From an uncultured Actinomycetes bacterium (GTDB taxonomy: Bacteria; Actinomycetota; Thermoleophilia; UBA2241), in NCBI GenBank assembly GCA_963755025.1, contig CAVWIH010000015.1, positions 29,910 through 93,909 of the forward strand: DNA of 64,000 bases, written 5' to 3'. The stretch's first letter is position 1. Every line of letters begins with the position of its first letter. This document shows, in pieces, positions 28,821-37,104 of the stretch. The notes under the pieces are model-generated. The model ran no database searches and had not been told where the DNA came from. It worked only from the letters and a program-made list of their open reading frames with translations. Both the position numbers and the translations under genes were made by a program.

Positions 28821-29440
28821 TGCGCCTGTCGTTCGAGGTGAACGGCGTGCGGCGCGAGCTCGACGTCGACCCGGCCGCGCGGCTCATCGACGTCTTGCGC
28901 GACGAGCTCGGCCTGACCGGCACCAAGGAGGGCTGCGGCGAGGGCGAGTGCGGCGCCTGTACCGTGCTCATCGACGATCGCGCGGTCGATTCGTGTCTCG
29001 TGATCGCCGCGCAGGTGCGCGACAAACGCGTGCTCACGGTCGAGGGCCTTGCCCGCGACGGCGAGCTCGACGTGCTGCAGCAGCAGTTCATCGACCACGG
29101 CGCCGTGCAGTGCGGCTTCTGCACGCCGGGCATGCTCATGTCGGCCAAGGCGCTCCTGCTGGCCCACCCGCAGCCGACTGAGCGGCAGATCCGCGTGGCC
29201 CTGGCCGGCAACCTCTGCCGCTGCACCGGCTACGGCGCCATCATCGCGGCCGTGACCGCCGCGGGCCGCGCGCTGGCCGGCGGCGGTGGGGCGTGGGGGC
29301 CTGAAGACGGCGGCGAGACGGTCGCGACGAGTGACGAGGCCGCCGGGCCAGGCGCCGCCGGCGCGCCCGCGGGGCCCAGCGCCGCCGATGACGTCGCCGG
29401 GCCAGGCGCCGCCGGCGTGCCCCCAGGGGGCAACGCGTGA
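28820..29440 (+). CDS. (2Fe-2S)-binding small subunit of Mo-hydroxylase
   Basis: GCGEGECGAC...C and QCGFC...NLCRCTGY; TGATG coupling with the large subunit; low-complexity C-terminal tail. Confidence 0.93.
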   Translation: MRLSFEVNGVRRELDVDPAARLIDVLRDELGLTGTKEGCGEGECGACTVLIDDRAVDSCLVIAAQVRDKRVLTVEGLARDGELDVLQQQFIDHGAVQCGFCTPGMLMSAKALLLAHPQPTERQIRVALAGNLCRCTGYGAIIAAVTAAGRALAGGGGAWGPEDGGETVATSDEAAGPGAAGAPAGPSAADDVAGPGAAGVPPGGNA

Positions 29441-30330
29441 TGATCGCCACCAGGCTCCTGACTCCGCGCGACCGCTCCGAGCTCACGGCCGCCCTGGGCG
29501 AGATGACGCCCGACAGCCGGTTGCTGGCCGGCGGCACCGATCTCGTGCGGGCGATGAGTCAGCAGCGCTCCCGGCCCGACCTGATCGTCGACCTCTCGGC
29601 GATGGCCGAGCTCGACCACGTGACGCTCGACGACGGTCTCGTGCGCGTCGGGGCGATGACCACGTTCGCACGCCTGCAGACCGACCCCCTCGTGGCGCGT
29701 CATGCCCGCTGCCTCGCCTTGGCGGCGGCGGCGGTCGGTTCACCGCAGATCCGCAACCTGGCGACGGTCGGCGGCAACGTTGCCAACGCCTCGCCGTGCG
29801 GCGACAGCATCCCGGCGCTGCTCGCGCTGGACGCCGAGGTCGAGGTCTGGGACGCCGCCGGACAGGCGCGGCGCGAGCCGCTCGCCGCGGTGCTGGCCGG
29901 CGCCGGGCGGACCACGCTGGGCCTCGGCGAGGCCATCGCCGGCTTTGCCTTCGCGGCGCTCGACGGTGGCGTTCGCGCGACGTTCGTCAAGATCGGCTCG
30001 CGCTCGACCCTGTCGGTCGCGCGGCTGAACCTGGCCGTGGTGGTCGGCTACGAGGCCGCCGAGGCGCGCTTCACGACCGCCCGGGTCGCGCTCGGCGCGG
30101 TCGGCGAGACCGCGTTTCGCGACCCCCAGGTCGAAGCCTCGCTGGCCGGTCAGCGCGCCGACTCCGACACCGCCTTCGCCTTCATGGAGCAGTGCGTCGC
30201 CGCGGTCTGCCGCTCGATCCCCGGGCGGCAGTCGGTCGACTACAAGTGCGGCGCCGCCGTGGGTCTCGCCGACGACGCCTGGCGCGGCCTCGACCTGTCG
30301 TCGCCGGTCGAGGTCACGCCGGTCTCCTGA
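29437..30330 (+). CDS. FAD-binding (medium) subunit of Mo-hydroxylase
   Basis: LLAGGTDL, VGSPQIRNLATVGGNVANASPCGD; GTGA overlap. Confidence 0.93.
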   Translation: MMIATRLLTPRDRSELTAALGEMTPDSRLLAGGTDLVRAMSQQRSRPDLIVDLSAMAELDHVTLDDGLVRVGAMTTFARLQTDPLVARHARCLALAAAAVGSPQIRNLATVGGNVANASPCGDSIPALLALDAEVEVWDAAGQARREPLAAVLAGAGRTTLGLGEAIAGFAFAALDGGVRATFVKIGSRSTLSVARLNLAVVVGYEAAEARFTTARVALGAVGETAFRDPQVEASLAGQRADSDTAFAFMEQCVAAVCRSIPGRQSVDYKCGAAVGLADDAWRGLDLSSPVEVTPVS

Positions 30331-30435
30331 GCAGCTTCGTCTCGTCGGCGATCGCGCACGGTTGTCAGGCGGCGAAATGCTCTTTGGCGTATGTGCAGAG
30401 CTCTGCGATCTGCGCCGGGTTGAGGTCGAGGTAAG

Positions 30436-30822
30436 CTAGTCTCCGGCGCGGCGCCCGTCCTGTCTTGTGTCACTCTCCAGGTCCGACAGGATGTCGGCAA
30501 AGTTGCCCATCTGAAAGACGCGGCTGCCACACTGGTAGAGGCGCGGGTCGAAGTCCTGAACGGCGCTTTCCCCCGGCCGATACGCCCTGCCAGCACGCGC
30601 GTTGAAGTCTCTCGCGCCTAACAGCTTGTCGTACCGCGAGCGCTTCTCGGGGTCGCAAAGCGTCGCGTTTGCCTCGTTGATCTCGATGAACTTCGCCTCG
30701 GCGGCCCTGTCGCCCGGGTTGCGGTCGGGATGATACTGCCTCGCGAGTTGGCGATAGACCCTGCGGATCTCGTCTTGGGGTGCCTTAGGGGAGACGCCCA
30801 GCCTCTGATAGAAGTCGGCCAT
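30436..30822 (-). CDS. Small J-domain (DnaJ class III) protein
   Basis: DFYQRLGVS...[27 protein letters not shown]...KRSRYD; intact HPD; no zinc-finger or C-terminal substrate domain. Confidence 0.88.
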   Translation of the reverse strand: MADFYQRLGVSPKAPQDEIRRVYRQLARQYHPDRNPGDRAAEAKFIEINEANATLCDPEKRSRYDKLLGARDFNARAGRAYRPGESAVQDFDPRLYQCGSRVFQMGNFADILSDLESDTRQDGRRAGD

Positions 30823-30829
30823 GCAAGGA

Positions 30830-30857
30830 GTATCGGCAGCCGCGCAGACCAAGTTGA
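30830..30857 (-). promoter_or_regulatory. Sigma-28-like promoter, probable leaderless transcript of the J-domain gene
   Basis: Minus strand TCAA-N16-GCCGATAC, 7 nt before ATG 30822; no RBS. Confidence 0.55.
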
Positions 30858-30912
30858 CGACCCCAGGCAGAATTGGGCGACGATACCCAGGACAGTGAGG
30901 AAGCCTGCTCAT

Positions 30913-30939
30913 TCAAGGCCGGTCGTGGCGCACCGATAT
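30913..30939 (+). promoter_or_regulatory. Sigma-28-like promoter upstream of TPR-grpE
   Basis: TCAA-N15-ACCGATAT. Confidence 0.5.
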
Positions 30940-30973
30940 ACAGAGCAGGCAGTCTTCCGTGAGGAGCAGGACG

Positions 30974-32170
30974 ATGACATTGATCGACGACCGCGGGCCG
31001 CGCACAGCCGACGATGAGGGCGAGGGCTTGCCTCAGAGCCCGCAATCGCCTGGCCGCCGGCACTGGGTCTCGGCGCTCCGCTTGCGGGCTCGTGCCCCTC
31101 GAGAAGGGGCAAGAGACAGGGCCGATGGGCTACTCCAAGAGTTCGGCAGGGCAAAACCGCTCGTGACGTCCCAGCTCGTTCGGCGGAGCGAAGACCAACA
31201 GCTGGCGGCCGCGGCCTGCACGCAGGCGCAGTGCCTGTCGGCCCTTGGCCGTCACCACGACGCACTCGCTTCCTACGAAGAAGCCAAGACCATCTACGTA
31301 CGCCTCGGTCAGGAGATCGAGGCAGCGCGCTGCACCGCAAGTTGCGCCAACGCATTGGTCAGGCAGGGGGACTTCAAGGCGGCTCTGGCTGGCTACAACG
31401 AGGCACGGGCCGTCCTCGTGCGCCTCGGCAGGGAAGCCGAGGCTGCCTGCTGCACCATGAACCGCGCCGTCGTGCTTGCCAACGCCGGCCGCTACGCAGA
31501 AGCGTTGGCCGGCTACGACAAAGCGCGGACTGCGCTGGTCTTCGCCGGTCGAGAAGGCGAGGTGGCTCGCTGCACGGCTAATCGCGCCAATCTGCTTGCC
31601 AACATGGGCCGCTTCGAAGAAGCCCTGGCCGGCTACAACGAGGCGCAGGCCGTCCTTGCTCGATGCGGCGACCAACTCGGCGTGGCGAGTTGTGTCATGA
31701 ACCGCGCGTTCGTGCTGGGCACGCTGGGACGCTTTCAGGATGCCCTGACCGGCTTTGAAGAGGCGCGAGCCGTCTATGCGCTTCGCGGCCAGGAGACCGA
31801 GGTGGCGCGCTGCAGCGCACACCGTGCCAACGTCTTCGCTGGCCTGGGGCGCTTTCAAGAGGCTCTGGCCTGTTTTGAGGAGGCCCGCGCCATCCAGATG
31901 CGTTGCGGCCAAGAGCTTGAGGTGGCCCGATGCGTTATGGGCTGTGCCGACGCGTTGCGGAACCTGGGCCGCTTGCAAGAGGCCCTGGCCGGTTATAGGG
32001 AAGCGCAAGCGGTCTATCGGCGTTTCGGTCAGGAGATCGAGGTAGCTCGCTGCGGCGTAGGCAGCGCCAAAGTGCTCGCTGCTATGGGCGATTTCGACGA
32101 GTCTCGTGTCGACTTCGAGAAGGCGCGCGCCGTCTTCGTGCGCTTCTCCCAGAAGTCTCAGGCGTCGTGA
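30974..32170 (+). CDS. Tetratricopeptide-like repeat protein (8 x ~40-aa repeats)
   Basis: Repeats E-x-A-R-C...N-R-A...L...G-R-F-x-E-A-L-A-G-Y-x-E-A-R-A-V; RBS GAGGAG. Confidence 0.88.
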   Translation: MTLIDDRGPRTADDEGEGLPQSPQSPGRRHWVSALRLRARAPREGARDRADGLLQEFGRAKPLVTSQLVRRSEDQQLAAAACTQAQCLSALGRHHDALASYEEAKTIYVRLGQEIEAARCTASCANALVRQGDFKAALAGYNEARAVLVRLGREAEAACCTMNRAVVLANAGRYAEALAGYDKARTALVFAGREGEVARCTANRANLLANMGRFEEALAGYNEAQAVLARCGDQLGVASCVMNRAFVLGTLGRFQDALTGFEEARAVYALRGQETEVARCSAHRANVFAGLGRFQEALACFEEARAIQMRCGQELEVARCVMGCADALRNLGRLQEALAGYREAQAVYRRFGQEIEVARCGVGSAKVLAAMGDFDESRVDFEKARAVFVRFSQKSQAS

Positions 32171-32835
32171 CGACTCCGACCGAGATCTCGCAGCACCAAG
32201 GCGACCCCCGGGCTGAGAGCGACCTCACGACAAGGTCGCGAGAGTCCTGGGCCGCGAGAGGCAAATTGCGCGACGCCTTGGCAGAGGCAGTCGCGGCCTA
32301 CGCCTCGAGAGAAACGGCTGCGAAAGGTGCGACGCGGGCCGGGGAGCCGTCGGTCAGCGCCGTCGCCACCGCAGCCGCCGCTGGTACCGGGCGGCCTGCG
32401 GAGACCGTCGCGGAGTGTGATCGCCATTGCGACCACCTGCAGCGTCTCAAGGCCGAGTTCGAGAACTACCGCAAGCGCATGCAGCGCGACAACCAGGCGC
32501 TCGTCTTGCGCGCCGGCGAGGGCGTGCTCGAATCGCTGCTGCCGGTGCTCGACAACATGCAGCGCGCCCTCGAGTCGGCCGAGCGCCACGAAGAGGGGCA
32601 ACTGATCAAGGGTGTGGAGATCGTCTCCGGGCAGCTGCGCTCGGTGCTCGAGAGCCACGGCCTCGACCAGGTGCCCGCCGAACCGGGGCTGCCGTTCGAC
32701 CCCAACATCCACGAGGCGGTCGTCGCGCAAGAATCCGACGAGTTCGACGAGGGCGCGATCGTCGCCGTGCTCGAGCCCGGCTACCTGCTGCACGGCAGGC
32801 TGCTGCGGCCCGCACGGGTCATCGTGGCGAAGTAG
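32167..32835 (+). CDS. grpE: Nucleotide exchange factor GrpE
   Basis: LQRLKAEFENYRKR, LLPVLDNMQRAL, FDPNIHEAV, GYLLHGRLLRPARVIV; GTGA overlap with the TPR gene. Confidence 0.92.
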   Translation: MTTPTEISQHQGDPRAESDLTTRSRESWAARGKLRDALAEAVAAYASRETAAKGATRAGEPSVSAVATAAAAGTGRPAETVAECDRHCDHLQRLKAEFENYRKRMQRDNQALVLRAGEGVLESLLPVLDNMQRALESAERHEEGQLIKGVEIVSGQLRSVLESHGLDQVPAEPGLPFDPNIHEAVVAQESDEFDEGAIVAVLEPGYLLHGRLLRPARVIVAK

Positions 32836-32929
32836 CCGACGGCCGGGTCGGCACCGGACCCGACTGCAGGGATTTCAGTTTGCGTCGGGACCAGCCCCTC
32901 CTGATCGCTCTTACCGAGCGGCTGCCGGC

Positions 32930-33100
32930 TCGCTGGCGGCGGCGGTTGCGGCGCTCGCCGCCATGACCGAGCTGCGCGACCCCTACACGGCCGACCACCA
33001 GCGCCGCGTCGGCGAGCTTGCCTTCGCGCTGGTCGCCGAGCTCGGCTGGGACGAGGCGTGCGCGCTCTTCCGCGAGAACCGGTTCGCCTTCTCCGAGTAG
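32930..33100 (+). pseudogene. HD-GYP phosphodiesterase remnant with internal deletion
   Basis: ELRDPYTADHQRRVGELA...ELG (start of HD domain) joined directly to EACALFRENRFAFSE* (typical C-terminus); HD and GYP motifs missing. Confidence 0.65.
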
Positions 33101-33150
33101 CCGCGGCCGCGACCGCGTCGGCGCACCGCTGCGCCGCAGCGTTTGCATTC

Positions 33151-33179
33151 TCACAGCAGATTCCCAGCGTCGTCCCGGG
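33151..33179 (+). promoter_or_regulatory. Direct-repeat box (11-bp period), putative PhoP-type site
   Basis: TCACAGC-agat-TCCCAGC-gtcg-TCCCGGG upstream of the efflux adaptor gene. Confidence 0.55.
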
Positions 33180-33319
33180 CGCGCCACAGGCGCGCATCGT
33201 AGAACTGACGGCGCACCATGCTGGGGTTCGTGGCGCGCAACCGCCGCACGATCTGTCTCGTACCCCTCTCTGGCCGCGCAGACGCCGCCGGTCGATCGAC
33301 CAGAAGGAGAACCAGGCCC

Positions 33320-34555
33320 ATGAAGCGAGCGAAGCGTCGTTGGTGGTGGATCGGGGCGATCGTGATCGTGGTCGTAGTGGCGGCGACCGCGGCGGTGGTC
33401 GTCGCGCGGGCGGGCAGGTCACAGGGTGTGCGGTACCTCACGGCGACCGCGGTCACCGGCTCGATCGCCAAGACCGTCGAAGCCGACTTCACCCTGAGCA
33501 ACGCGCGCGCCTCGACGACCATCAGCTTGGGCGGCACGAGCGCCGCCGCCTCGTCGAGCACGACGGCCGGCTCGACCACCACGTCGTCGCGCGGCGTAGT
33601 CAGCGGCCTGGCGCTTGCCGCCGGCGAGACGCCGCGCACCCTCGAGCGACTGCTGACCGTCTCGGGCAAGCCGATCTACTCGTTCGTGAGCGAGTCGCCG
33701 CTGTACGAGACCCTGTCCTCGAGCCTGACCGACGGCAAAGACGCCACGAACGTCGCGGCGCTGCAGCGCGCCCTCAAGTCGGCGGGCTACTACAGCGGCA
33801 CGGTCAACGGCGACTTCGGCACGACCACCAGGACGGCGCTCGAGGCCTGGCAGGCGGCCAAAGGCCTGAGCCAGACCGGCACCGTCACCACCGCGCGCTT
33901 CGTCTGGGTGCGCACCGGCGGCGAGCTGTCGGCGTGTAGCGTCAGCCTGGGCAGCGCGGTGGGCTCAGGCACGTCGCTGGCCACGATCGTGTTCCCGCGG
34001 CCGCTCGTGGCCACGGCTTCGGTCAGCCAGGCCGACGTCCCGGAGCTCGAGGTGGGCCAGAAGGCCGAGCTCACGGTGAGCGGCACGAGCAGCGTGTCGC
34101 TCGTCGGCACGATCGCTGCGATCGGCGTCGAGCCCACCTCATCGAGCTCGACCAGCTCGACGACCACGGTCGCCTACGACGTGACCTTCCGCCTGGCCGG
34201 CGTGCCGGCGGCGGTCAAGTCGGGCATGTCGGGCACGCTGGTGGTGACGATCGCCAAACGTGACAACGTGCTCATCGTGCCCACGACCGCCCTTACGGGC
34301 ACCTCGTACGTGCGCGTCATGACGCGCGGCAAGCCGGTCTACCGCAGGGTCTCCACGGGCATGGCCACGTCGGCGTACACGCAGATCACAAGCGGCCTCA
34401 CGGCCGGCGACGTGGTCATGACCGGCACGTATGCGAGCGCGGCAACGAGCACGACCGCGAGCAGCACTTCGGGCAGCTCGCGCAGTCTGCTGAACAGCCT
34501 CACCGGCGGTTCCGGCCCCAGCGGCGGCGGCGCTCCGCCGGCCGCCGGCCAGTGA
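33320..34555 (+). CDS. Efflux periplasmic adaptor (MFP) subunit with peptidoglycan-binding domain
   Basis: N-terminal TM anchor, VAALQRALKSAGYY...TALEAWQ PG-binding motif, GQKA, SGMSG, NVLIVP, QITSGL..GD; RBS AAGGAG. Confidence 0.85.
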   Translation: MKRAKRRWWWIGAIVIVVVVAATAAVVVARAGRSQGVRYLTATAVTGSIAKTVEADFTLSNARASTTISLGGTSAAASSSTTAGSTTTSSRGVVSGLALAAGETPRTLERLLTVSGKPIYSFVSESPLYETLSSSLTDGKDATNVAALQRALKSAGYYSGTVNGDFGTTTRTALEAWQAAKGLSQTGTVTTARFVWVRTGGELSACSVSLGSAVGSGTSLATIVFPRPLVATASVSQADVPELEVGQKAELTVSGTSSVSLVGTIAAIGVEPTSSSSTSSTTTVAYDVTFRLAGVPAAVKSGMSGTLVVTIAKRDNVLIVPTTALTGTSYVRVMTRGKPVYRRVSTGMATSAYTQITSGLTAGDVVMTGTYASAATSTTASSTSGSSRSLLNSLTGGSGPSGGGAPPAAGQ

Positions 34556-34591
34556 TCGTCAGCCGCCGTTGCTTAGGCCGGCGGGCAGACC

Positions 34592-35515
34592 CTAGGCGCG
34601 CAGGCGCTGATCGATGGCGTCGAGAAGGCCGGCTTCGGCCGAGGAGACCTTGCGGACGAACAGCTTGCGAAAGCCGTCGCTCGGACAGCCGTCGGCGCCG
34701 GGCGGGCCGTCGACGGGCCGCGGAGGCGCGTTGCGGGCCACGGTCAGCGCCTCGAGGTCGGCAGCCCCGAGCGAGCGAGGGTGCGCGGCCCTTGGGTGGG
34801 TCCAGTCGATGTACCACGGTAGGTCGTCACAGACGTCGTTGCTGAGCGCGCCGACCAGTTCGGGCGAGCTCAAGATGGACGCCGCGCAGGACTCGTCGGG
34901 GACGAACGTCGTGCGCCAGAACCGGGCCAGGTCCGGGTGCTCGTCGAGCACGCGCAGGAGCGCGGCGGCGTGGCTGCGGCAATAGATCTTCCACTGCGAC
35001 GAGGCGCACAGCCGGAGGTCCTTGAGGAGCTCGCGCTTGAAGGTGCACAGCGGGGCGCCGCCGAGCTTGACGATCTGGCCGCGGACGGTCACGAAGCGCC
35101 TTCGCACGCGCCGCATGCCGCCGTCTGGCCCCCACCGCTCGTACGGGAACGGGTTCAGGCGCATGCGCGTCTTACCCGACCAGGGTTCGAGCTCGTCGCT
35201 GAGCTCGGACGTTGAGACAAGCGGGTAACAGGAGCCCGACATCACGATCGCATGTTCGGCCCTGCTGGTCTCGAGCCACACCCGCAATGCCCGCAACTCG
35301 GCGTCGACCAGCGACCAGCTCGCTAGCGTTGTGGCGATGCGCGGTAGCGCGCGCACGCCACGGCCGGCGTCGCGTGTCATCTCCGTGAACGCGCGCGCAG
35401 GCGTCCTGCGGTCGCAGTGGAGCAGGATCTCGAGCCCGTCCAGCGAGGCCATAAGACGTCTGACCTTCGCGGGGTCTTCGTGTGCGAGGATGATCGCGAG
35501 TGGCGGCGCCATCAC
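34592..35515 (-). CDS. Beta-1,6-N-acetylglucosaminyltransferase (Core-2/I-branching, GT14) family protein
   Basis: IILAHEDP, LHCD, SLVDAEL, MSGSCYPL, SSQW, VPDES, YIDW, LFVRKV. Confidence 0.8.
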   Translation of the reverse strand: MMAPPLAIILAHEDPAKVRRLMASLDGLEILLHCDRRTPARAFTEMTRDAGRGVRALPRIATTLASWSLVDAELRALRVWLETSRAEHAIVMSGSCYPLVSTSELSDELEPWSGKTRMRLNPFPYERWGPDGGMRRVRRRFVTVRGQIVKLGGAPLCTFKRELLKDLRLCASSQWKIYCRSHAAALLRVLDEHPDLARFWRTTFVPDESCAASILSSPELVGALSNDVCDDLPWYIDWTHPRAAHPRSLGAADLEALTVARNAPPRPVDGPPGADGCPSDGFRKLFVRKVSSAEAGLLDAIDQRLRA

Positions 35516-37104
35516 GCGGGACGCGGTGCAGGGTCTGCCCGTGAAGCCATGCGAACCGGGCCGCCGGGCGGCGTGGCGATCTTGCGCACCATGGCCGCCG
35601 CGAGCGCAAGGCAGGCCACGGCGACCGCCAGGCGCAGCGCGAGGATCGAAGGCGTGGTCGGCAGCCGGCTCGCGGCCAGGGCAAGGCAGCCCGCGGCGGC
35701 GAGCTTGGCCACCAGCATCGGTCGAGGACGGGGCAGCCGTTCGTGACGGCGGGCCGCGATCGCCAGCAGCAGGTGCAGCAAAGCGTAGCTGGCCAGCGAG
35801 GCGAGGGCCGACCCCTCGATGCGCAGTAGCGGCACGAAGGCGATGTTCAAGGCGATGTTGACCGCCCCGGCGACCAGCGTGAGGACGCCGACGGCAAGCG
35901 TGTCGCCCGCCACGAGGAGCACTCTCGTGCAGGCGAGCATGCCGGCGACCGGAAGCGATGCCAGCACCACGAGCGACACGACCAGTTGCAGGCCGGCGGG
36001 CCGGTACACAGCAGGAGCCCAGATCCTGAGGGCGATGGGCGCCCCTACGCCAAGCCCGACGACGACCGGGATGAGGAAGCGGTACAGGGCGTCACGGCTC
36101 CGGGCGAGGATCGACCTGCGCAGCGCGCCGCCGGTGACGGCGAAGACGCGCGGCAGCCAGATGGTGTTCAGGACGCCCAGCAACAGGATGGGCAGCGCCC
36201 CGATGTTGTTGGCGATCGAGTAGCGCGCTACCGCCACCGAGCCCAAGTCGTGCTGGACGATCAGCCGGTCGGCCGCTTGCAGGGCAAAGACGGCAAGGGC
36301 GGCCGGCACCAGGGCGGCAGAGTAGCGCAGCCCGGCGCCGACCTTGCGCAGGTGGCGGCGCCGCACGGCTGCGGGGCGGGCTATGCAGAGCGCGAGCGCC
36401 ACGGTCGCCGCCTGCGCAGCGACCTGGCCGAGCAGGAACTCGGTCGCGGTGCGGCGCACCGTCAACACGAGAAGCAGGCTCACGCCTTCGGCTACCACAG
36501 ACTGTAGCAGGCTGACGATCGCGAACGCCGAGAGCTGGTCGCGGCTGCGGATCAGGCCGAGTGCGGCATTGCTGACGGCCGTGAGGGCGGCCCAGATGAC
36601 CGCGCATCGGACCGCACCGCCGTACGGGCCGAGCCCAAGGCGCGGGCACCACCAGGGACCGGTCGCGTTGGCCACCAGGAACACGACGCCGGAGACGAGC
36701 ATCGCCAGCGTGATGAGCCGGCGGGCGTCGTGCTCGCCGTTCGGCTTGGCGAACTGCCACTGCACCGCGGTTTGCAGTCCGGCGCCGCCGATGGCGACGA
36801 GCACCTGCATGACGGCGATCGACGAGACGACCACGCCGAAGCGCGCAGGCCCCAGAATCCTCGTGATGATCGGCGTGCCCAGGGCGGCCACGACGATCTG
36901 TACCCCCCACAAGGCGACGTACATCGAGTCACGCCCGAACAAGCCGCGCAGCGCCGTGGCCGTCTGGATCTCGAGGTCGCGATCGCCCGTCAGCGGCTCA
37001 TCTGGCGCGGCGGCCGCGGAGGGCCGGTCGCCTGGGGCCGCCGCCCGGCCGTCGTGCTGCGTCGTCTGCCGCCGGTCGCTCGCGCCCTGGGGGCGGCAGC
37101 TCAC
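35512..37104 (-). CDS. Polysaccharide flippase (Wzx / MATE-like)
   Basis: TPIITRILGPARFG, ADRLIV...LGSVAVARYS, LLRIEGSALA; ~12-14 TMs; GTGA overlap with the upstream gene (start inferred). Confidence 0.85.
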   Translation of the reverse strand: MSCRPQGASDRRQTTQHDGRAAAPGDRPSAAAAPDEPLTGDRDLEIQTATALRGLFGRDSMYVALWGVQIVVAALGTPIITRILGPARFGVVVSSIAVMQVLVAIGGAGLQTAVQWQFAKPNGEHDARRLITLAMLVSGVVFLVANATGPWWCPRLGLGPYGGAVRCAVIWAALTAVSNAALGLIRSRDQLSAFAIVSLLQSVVAEGVSLLLVLTVRRTATEFLLGQVAAQAATVALALCIARPAAVRRRHLRKVGAGLRYSAALVPAALAVFALQAADRLIVQHDLGSVAVARYSIANNIGALPILLLGVLNTIWLPRVFAVTGGALRRSILARSRDALYRFLIPVVVGLGVGAPIALRIWAPAVYRPAGLQLVVSLVVLASLPVAGMLACTRVLLVAGDTLAVGVLTLVAGAVNIALNIAFVPLLRIEGSALASLASYALLHLLLAIAARRHERLPRPRPMLVAKLAAAGCLALAASRLPTTPSILALRLAVAVACLALAAAMVRKIATPPGGPVRMASRADPAPRPA

